A stretch of 64,000 nucleotides of DNA. Origin: Candidatus Latescibacterota bacterium. GTDB taxonomy: Bacteria; Latescibacterota; UBA2968; UBA8231. The translations under genes were made by a program, and so were the position numbers. The stretch is from contig OZ241889.1 in the NCBI GenBank assembly GCA_965203355.1, positions 64,001 through 128,000 of the forward strand, given 5' to 3'. The notes beneath the pieces were generated by a model. It saw nothing but the letters and a program-made list of their open reading frames with translations. It searched no databases and was not told the DNA's origin. Positions 57,861 to 64,000 of this stretch are shown in pieces; within the stretch, counting starts at the first letter, position 1; each line of letters opens with the position of its first letter.

Positions 57861-58970
57861 ATGGACAAGCTACCTCTCGCGCTCGAACGCAAACTCATCC
57901 GCCTCGGCACTCGTCTCATCGACCAAAAGCGCGGCCGACGCCTCGTCGAACCGACCAAAGACAGCGACGGCTTCTGGTTTGGCGGCGGCAACTCGGTCCG
58001 CGATCCGCGCGATGATAGCCTCTGGCTCATCGGCCGCTACCGCGACGCGGGCGACAGCCGCACCGGGCTGACCGCTGGCTCCCGCGGCCGCGCCCTAGCC
58101 ATTTTTCGCTCAACGGACAACGGACGGACCTTTGCCAAGGTTCGCACTTGGGACAAATCCGATCTCTACTGCGGCTCGGCCGTGCTCAGCATCGAGGGCA
58201 GTGCTCTGCGCCTCAACAAACGCCGCGTCCAAGTGCTGGTCTCCACTGAGAAAGTTCGCCTCTACCCACGGCCCGTCGCCGCTTTTCAGAAGCCAGGCAC
58301 CGGCGTCTGGAGCATCGACGCCTTCTCCGCCCCCTCCATCGACCAACTCGACCCACAGGAGTCGATTGCCCCGCTGCTGACGAGCGACGACCCAGCCTAT
58401 CTACACCTCAAAGACCCCAATCTCTCAGCCGGCATGGGCCGGCGGCCGCTGCTGCTCTATTGCAGCCATCCGTACACTTGGTCTGCCAGCACTTCGGGCC
58501 GCGCCGCGCTCGCGGCGGACTCATGCACGAGCCACAGCCACGACTTCTTTCCCCGCGGCCCAACCTGGGATGTGGCGGCTTTGCGCGTCACCTGCCGCCT
58601 GCCTGTGCCCAAGGTGGGCGCGTTTGCTGGCTTGCCCAAGCTCTCGCTCTACTTCTACGACGGGGCCGAATCCATGCGCCCGCTCAAAGCACATGCAAAG
58701 GCGGTCGCCCGTCCGCGCGGCTACTCCTGCGAGGAATTGGGCGGCTTGGCGTACGGCTTTGATCGCCAGTTTCCGCACCTCCACCGTCTCAGCCTCCTCC
58801 AGCCGCTCTTTGTCTCGCCGGAAGGCACGGGTTGCTCGCGCTACGTGTCCGTGCTGACCGAAGCAGACAGCGGGCTTTTCGCCACTTGGCAGCGCTCGAC
58901 CCCGGCCCGCTCGCAGCCGCTTTTCGGCCATCGGCTCACGCCAAAGCGGGTCGCGTCTCTGCTTTCCTGA
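57861..58970 (+). CDS. Hypothetical beta-propeller-like protein with Asp-box
   Basis: FRSTDNGRTF Asp-box, WFGGG, HLKDP. Confidence 0.6.
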   Translation: MDKLPLALERKLIRLGTRLIDQKRGRRLVEPTKDSDGFWFGGGNSVRDPRDDSLWLIGRYRDAGDSRTGLTAGSRGRALAIFRSTDNGRTFAKVRTWDKSDLYCGSAVLSIEGSALRLNKRRVQVLVSTEKVRLYPRPVAAFQKPGTGVWSIDAFSAPSIDQLDPQESIAPLLTSDDPAYLHLKDPNLSAGMGRRPLLLYCSHPYTWSASTSGRAALAADSCTSHSHDFFPRGPTWDVAALRVTCRLPVPKVGAFAGLPKLSLYFYDGAESMRPLKAHAKAVARPRGYSCEELGGLAYGFDRQFPHLHRLSLLQPLFVSPEGTGCSRYVSVLTEADSGLFATWQRSTPARSQPLFGHRLTPKRVASLLS

Positions 58971-58976
58971 GTTTTC

Positions 58977-59627
58977 CTAGGGGGTGTCCAGCCGCGCCCG
59001 CAGCCAAGCGTCCAAGTCCGCCAAGCACGGCTGGGCAATCGCGTGAGGCATGTCGTATTCTTTGTACCGCAAGTCCAATCCGAGCGGGAGCAGCATATCT
59101 CTGGAGGCGCGGGCTTGAGCAATCGGGATGACTGGATCAAAGCGCCCGTGCGACATGAAAACCTTCAGGTCCTGTACCGACGCCGTATCCTCGGGCAACA
59201 TCTCCAGACAGCACAGCCCGCTCAATGCAATGGCCCCGGCAAAGTCCCGCGGCCGTTTTAGCGCGGCCGCCAGCGCCATGCTCGCCCCTTGGCTGAAGCC
59301 CGCGATGAAGATGCGAGTTGGCCGGTGTTCTTGCCGCAGCGCCGCCACCAAGGCCAAGACTTGCGCTAGCGGCGCTGCGGCCTCGGCAAAAGCAAAGCGC
59401 ACCCCGTCCGCGCCGATCTCGACATGAAACCAGGCAAAACCGCCAAAATCGAGCGCGTAGGGTGCGCGGGCACTGACGCAAATCAGCCGCGCATCCAAGT
59501 GTGGCGCCAAGCCCAGCAGATCCGCCTCGTTGGCACCATAGCCGTGCAAAAGCAGGAGTAGCGGCGCACCCTTGGGGGGCGCGTCGGGCGCCTTGTGGAC
59601 AACGTGGTACAGAGAGGCGGTGGTCAT
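58977..59627 (-). CDS. Phospholipase/carboxylesterase (alpha/beta hydrolase)
   Basis: LHGYGA, GFSQG, HGRFDPVIP, MPH. Confidence 0.9.
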   Translation of the reverse strand: MTTASLYHVVHKAPDAPPKGAPLLLLLHGYGANEADLLGLAPHLDARLICVSARAPYALDFGGFAWFHVEIGADGVRFAFAEAAAPLAQVLALVAALRQEHRPTRIFIAGFSQGASMALAAALKRPRDFAGAIALSGLCCLEMLPEDTASVQDLKVFMSHGRFDPVIPIAQARASRDMLLPLGLDLRYKEYDMPHAIAQPCLADLDAWLRARLDTP

Positions 59628-59634
59628 ATCGCCG

Positions 59635-61740
59635 CTACGTCACCGACACTTCGTACGGACCGGCCCGCCGCAACACCATCACCACCCGCTCCTCTTCGCT
59701 GATCAGCTCTTGCACGTAGGAGTTGGGGTGGGCCTTTTCGTTGCGCCACACGGTCTCGCCGTTGATTTCGATTTGGGGAAAGCGTTTGTCGCAGCGGGGT
59801 ACGGACAGGTGCGTTTCGCCATCGTGCGGCACGGACAGGCGCGCGGAAAAACCGCCGCCATACGCCCCCCAAGCAACCTCGACATCACCGTGCGGCGTGG
59901 GCACGATGCCCTCGGCGCGTTCGAGCCCGGACCGTTGCGGCCGAATCTCCAAGCCACCCTCGGCCCTAAGCGCAACGCCTAGCACATGCGTCGCCAACAA
60001 GCTCTCCGGCCCCGGCTGCGCGACCAACGACTTGGTCTTCTCCTCCCAGGTCTGGCCTAGGCGCGCCAGCAAGCGGACCCATTTTCTCTGTACGTAAGCC
60101 AAAGCCGCCGCGTCTGCACCGGCCCGCCACAGCGCCCCGGCGACGAAAAACGCCTGCCACAAATCGTCTTCTGACGCCGAGCTGGCCGATAGGTGCTGCG
60201 CCACGCGCACCTGTTGTCGCGGATTGACCAAAGCAAAGTAGAGCACCAAGGCATTCGTCCAGCGGCTGCAATCATCGCCGCCAGCCGCATCGGCAAAAAG
60301 CCCTTGCTCTTCGCGCCAAGCGGCTTGCAGGGCTTTGCACGCTCGGTGATGGGCGCGTGCGCATTGGGCCGCTTGCTGGCGGTCGCCAATGCGCCGACAC
60401 AAGGCCGCAACGGCCAGCCAAGCTCCCGCCTGCAAAGCGACAGTAGTAGTAGCCGACACGCCCTCAGCCTCGGCCGCTTGCAAGCTGTTCACTAGGTTCG
60501 CTAGCCGCTCGGCAGTCAATCGGTCGCCGCTGTATCGCTGCGCCAGCTCGACGAACAAGGCGTAGAAACAGGCCTGTTCTCGGTCGAGCGGCAGCGCGCT
60601 ACCAGCCAGTACGGCGCGCAGGGTATCCACGCTGCCAGTCGCGGACAAATCGTTCATGGCCCAAACGTAGAACCAGCCCCAGTTGGGCCGGCCTGCACCG
60701 AGGACGTACCCCTCTTGGCGGCTAGCAGCTAAGGTTTGCTCCCCAATCCGCCACAGCCGCTCCCAGTCTTCGCCCGCGGTTGTAAAGCACCCGCGCGACT
60801 CGACGACTACGCGCCGCTCCACCAGCGCGACACTATCTACTTGTATGTTTTCTGGACACGATCCGATCCGCACCACTACGTAGCGGCACGTCGCCAACTG
60901 CGGCGAGATCCACTCCTGCAATCCGCGGCCGCACACGTAGCGCAAGCGCGATTGCACCGCACCCGAAGTGCGTACAAAACCTAGGTCAATGACCACGCCG
61001 GCTTGGCCCCGCAGCCGCAGACGGGGGTACCCGCAGAGCAATCGTCCGAAGTCCAAGACCAAGTATGCGGCCCGCGCTTCGTCTGTTGTCCGCACCAAGG
61101 AATGCGTTTTGCCGCCGGTCAGGAACGCTTCTCGCCGCACGCATTTGGCGGTCTGCATGGCCCCGGGGGAAGCGACCCATTCGATCGCGCCCTCGCTAGC
61201 CACCTCGCCAAAAGCCACCACCTCCCGCGCCCACACCATGCTTTCCTCAGCGGGCAACGGAGACCAATCTCTCGGCCCGGCTCCGGCCACCACCGTGGCT
61301 TCCCTCCACCCCGCAAATCGCCCTTTGGCCCACTCAGCCGGTGCCAGCACGGCCACATAGCTAGCCGGCTCCCAAGCATCGGCCGGCCGCACCTGCCACG
61401 GCGCACCCGAGTAAAGCACCTGCTCAATCCCGTCGCTGCGCTCGATCTTGGCCTCAGCGCGAAACCAGTCTGCCGTGCCGCAGCCGATGGCAAGGACCAA
61501 CAGCACATTTTCGCCTTCCCGCAGCGCAGCGTCCAACGCGAATCGCTCCCACATGGCCACTTCGGCCACCGCTGGTCCCAATCCCCGGCCCACTCGCTCG
61601 CCGTTCAAGTACACCTCGTATGGCCCACTCGCAGCACAGCGCAGCAACCCTTTGGCTGCTGCGCTGTGCAGGTAGAATTTGAGGCGGATGTACACGGCCA
61701 GCGCGGCCGGATGCCATATAGCTTGCGAGCGCATACTCAA
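59635..61740 (-). CDS. Alpha-L-rhamnosidase (GH78)-like protein, divergent
   Basis: YEVYLNG, LVLDFGR, helical core, VPTPHGDVEVAW C-terminal domain. Confidence 0.6.
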   Translation of the reverse strand: MSMRSQAIWHPAALAVYIRLKFYLHSAAAKGLLRCAASGPYEVYLNGERVGRGLGPAVAEVAMWERFALDAALREGENVLLVLAIGCGTADWFRAEAKIERSDGIEQVLYSGAPWQVRPADAWEPASYVAVLAPAEWAKGRFAGWREATVVAGAGPRDWSPLPAEESMVWAREVVAFGEVASEGAIEWVASPGAMQTAKCVRREAFLTGGKTHSLVRTTDEARAAYLVLDFGRLLCGYPRLRLRGQAGVVIDLGFVRTSGAVQSRLRYVCGRGLQEWISPQLATCRYVVVRIGSCPENIQVDSVALVERRVVVESRGCFTTAGEDWERLWRIGEQTLAASRQEGYVLGAGRPNWGWFYVWAMNDLSATGSVDTLRAVLAGSALPLDREQACFYALFVELAQRYSGDRLTAERLANLVNSLQAAEAEGVSATTTVALQAGAWLAVAALCRRIGDRQQAAQCARAHHRACKALQAAWREEQGLFADAAGGDDCSRWTNALVLYFALVNPRQQVRVAQHLSASSASEDDLWQAFFVAGALWRAGADAAALAYVQRKWVRLLARLGQTWEEKTKSLVAQPGPESLLATHVLGVALRAEGGLEIRPQRSGLERAEGIVPTPHGDVEVAWGAYGGGFSARLSVPHDGETHLSVPRCDKRFPQIEINGETVWRNEKAHPNSYVQELISEEERVVMVLRRAGPYEVSVT

Positions 61741-63176
61741 TTTGCGGGCATTCGCAATCCCACCAGCCGCGTCCCCCGTTGCCCCAGCACCTGCATCATA
61801 AACGTGTCCCCCGGCTCAATCTCCGCCAACGCATCCTCAAAATTTTCCACGGTTTTCACCTGTCGGCGGTAGATCGTCTGAGTTTCCTCCTGCTTGTGGC
61901 CGATCGCCTGAATGAGCATGCCTCGTTGCAAACCCCGTCGCGCCGCCTCACTGCCCCGTTTCACGCGCGCGATCACCACGCCGTTCTCGTCCTCGTATCC
62001 TAGACGCTGGGCTAGCTCACCGGTCAGTTCTTGGACCTTCAGCCCCAACTCCTCTTGTTCTCCAACGGCGTCATCGCGCGGGAGACCGGCGGTCAGCGCT
62101 TCTTCAGTCAGCATCTCCAACTCGACTTTAATGCGTTTCTCTTTGCCATCGCGCAGCACCTCCAACTCGATGTTGGTCCCCGGTGCCGTACGCCCAATCC
62201 GATTTCTCAGTTCGACTACGTTGTGCATGGGTTGACCATCAACAGCAATCACTATATCGCCAACCTCAACCCCGGCTTTATCTGCTGCTCCCCCGGACGT
62301 CACTTTCTCGATCACCACGCCATAAGGACGATCCAAGCCCATAGTCTCGGCCACCAGTGGATCCAAACTGCCAATATGCACCCCGAGTAAGCCTCGTCGT
62401 ACTTCCCCGTGCTCGAGCAACTGGGCGACTACGTGCTTGACCAAATTGATCGGAATGGCAAAGCCAAGCCCTATATTGCCGCCGCCGCGGCTGACGATGG
62501 CCGTGTTGATCCCGACGAGTTCGCCGCGCAGGTTGACCAGTGCCCCGCCGCTGTTGCCCGGATTGATCGCCGCGTCGGTCTGAATGAAAGAGCCGTACTC
62601 GCCAAAGAAGCGTCCCCGCCCCAAGGCGCTGATGATGCCGGTAGAAACCGAATGGGTAAATCCTATGGGGTTTCCTATGGCCATCACCCATTCGCCCTCT
62701 CGAAGCTGGTCCGAGTCGCCCAGCGCGACCGCTGGCAAATCTTCGGCATCAACCGCGAGCACGGCGATGTCGCTCAGGGAATCGCGACCGACAACCTCGG
62801 CCGCAAAAAAGCGCGAATCCGTCATCTCGACGCGGATATTGTCGGCATAGCGAATCACGTGATTGTTGGTGATAAGGTACTGATCGCCGTTGAAGTGGAT
62901 GATTACGCCCGAGCCTTGGCCATCGCGTTCGCGTGGCATGTCAGGCAATTCAAAGAAGTCTTCCCAAGGGGTGCCGCGAAAGGGGGAGCGCCCTTCGACA
63001 TTGACCGTGCCCTCCGTGGTGATTTTTACGACGCCGGGCTTGACTTGCGCGACGACCTCGGCAAAGCCATCGCTCATCTGGCGCAAAAACGGCGAGTGCT
63101 CGCTGGCTTGGGCGCGATCAGATGCCGCGAGGCTTAAAAGGCTTAAAATGAACAGGGAACAGCACAACCTCCGCAT
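61737..63176 (-). CDS. degP: Do/DegQ family serine protease with two PDZ domains
   Basis: TNNHV, SDIAVL, QTDAAINPGNSGG. Confidence 0.9.
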   Translation of the reverse strand: MRRLCCSLFILSLLSLAASDRAQASEHSPFLRQMSDGFAEVVAQVKPGVVKITTEGTVNVEGRSPFRGTPWEDFFELPDMPRERDGQGSGVIIHFNGDQYLITNNHVIRYADNIRVEMTDSRFFAAEVVGRDSLSDIAVLAVDAEDLPAVALGDSDQLREGEWVMAIGNPIGFTHSVSTGIISALGRGRFFGEYGSFIQTDAAINPGNSGGALVNLRGELVGINTAIVSRGGGNIGLGFAIPINLVKHVVAQLLEHGEVRRGLLGVHIGSLDPLVAETMGLDRPYGVVIEKVTSGGAADKAGVEVGDIVIAVDGQPMHNVVELRNRIGRTAPGTNIELEVLRDGKEKRIKVELEMLTEEALTAGLPRDDAVGEQEELGLKVQELTGELAQRLGYEDENGVVIARVKRGSEAARRGLQRGMLIQAIGHKQEETQTIYRRQVKTVENFEDALAEIEPGDTFMMQVLGQRGTRLVGLRMPAN

Positions 63177-63247
63177 GGTATTTCCTCTCTGAAAAAAGTG
63201 TAAAAATACGGATATTTATCAATATCCACAAAAAGAGACGACAAGGG

Positions 63248-64000
63248 CTAAATTTCGGTTCCCGCTTCCTGCGGCTGGTGCCGCACGGCCAGTTGCCCTT
63301 CTTCGAGTATCACCTCAACCCGCGACCCCTCGGGCATGTCACCGGCCACCACCAAGCGCGCGATCTGCGTTTCGAGCGCGCGCTGCAAAAACCGCTTGAG
63401 CGGCCGAGCACCATAGACCGGATCGAAACCTGCGTGGGCAATGTGCCGACGCGCCGGTGTAGTGACCGCTAGCTCAATGCGCTTTGCCGCCAGCCGCTGG
63501 CGCAACTCGGCAATCAGCAACTCGACGATCGCCTCGATCTCGGCCAAGGTCAGCGGCTTGAAGAGCACCACGTCGTCGATCCGGTTGAGAAACTCCGGGC
63601 GAAAGTGCGCCCGCAACTCGCCCATGACCTGCTCGCGCACGGACTCGGCGATCGCCCCTTGCGGCGTCAGGCCCTCAACCAAGTGCGGCGAGCCAATGTT
63701 GGAAGTCATAATCACCACGACGTTCTTAAAATCCACCACCCGACCCTGCGCATCGGTGAGCCGCCCGTCGTCCAAAAGCTGCAACAGTGCGTTAAAAACG
63801 TCCGGGTGGGCCTTTTCGATCTCGTCGAACAGCACTACCGAGTACGGTTTGCGGCGCACGGCCTCCGTTAGTTGGCCGCCCTCCTCGTAGCCCACGTACC
63901 CGGGCGGCGCACCCAACAGCTTGGACACCGAGTGCTTTTCCATGTACTCGCTCATGTCTAAGCGCACCATGTTTTCCTCGGCGTCGAACAGGGCTTGCGC
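63248..64000 (-). CDS. clpB: ClpB/Hsp100 chaperone C-terminal part (runs off right edge)
   Basis: [35 protein letters not shown]. Confidence 0.9.
   Translation of the reverse strand, partial: AQALFDAEENMVRLDMSEYMEKHSVSKLLGAPPGYVGYEEGGQLTEAVRRKPYSVVLFDEIEKAHPDVFNALLQLLDDGRLTDAQGRVVDFKNVVVIMTSNIGSPHLVEGLTPQGAIAESVREQVMGELRAHFRPEFLNRIDDVVLFKPLTLAEIEAIVELLIAELRQRLAAKRIELAVTTPARRHIAHAGFDPVYGARPLKRFLQRALETQIARLVVAGDMPEGSRVEVILEEGQLAVRHQPQEAGTEI

Noticed and set aside
63210-63227. GGATATT-N4-AATATCC palindrome between clpB and degP
   Set aside because: Cannot distinguish a weak terminator from an operator; it does not match CIRCE
1-64000. tRNA or rRNA genes, prophage structural genes, transposases
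   Set aside because: None recognised; intergenic gaps are short and lack cloverleaf signatures by eye

Overview
GC-rich bacterial chromosome segment. A giant secreted Ig/Calx-beta-like protein with a C-terminal FlgD/T9SS-type sorting domain and many PhyH, Gfo/Idh/MocA and TIM-barrel catabolic genes suggest an FCB-group organism such as Latescibacterota or Gemmatimonadota (inference only). Core content: Mrp/Mnh Na+/H+ antiporter subunits, serS-folD, glgP, three peptidases, glcD/glcF, serC, ssb, a peroxiredoxin, a cusCBA-type RND operon, hemH, degP and partial clpB. Accessory content: a ~10 kb defence-like island (an uncharacterised 3-gene module ending in an MBL hydrolase, then type III R-M mod and res with Fic and MNT-HEPN nested between them), a decayed mobile-element patch at 46.1-48.6 kb, and two short-TIR repeat families. 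Most notable signals: (1) a 29+32+29 bp insertion of type I-E CRISPR geometry that breaks an RHH gene at a site resembling a I-E repeat, a candidate natural off-target spacer integration; (2) a C14 tract in a leader ORF that, at C15 or C12, would read through to the RBS of the giant surface protein, a candidate phase-variable switch; (3) a candidate Na+ riboswitch ahead of mnhE; (4) a Cys/His, Pro-rich leader plus an SD-sequestering stem ahead of cusC; (5) a small-protein operon with ssb behind a promoter carrying a LexA-like box. No tRNA, rRNA, integrase, transposase or cas genes were seen. All calls were made by eye with no searches run.
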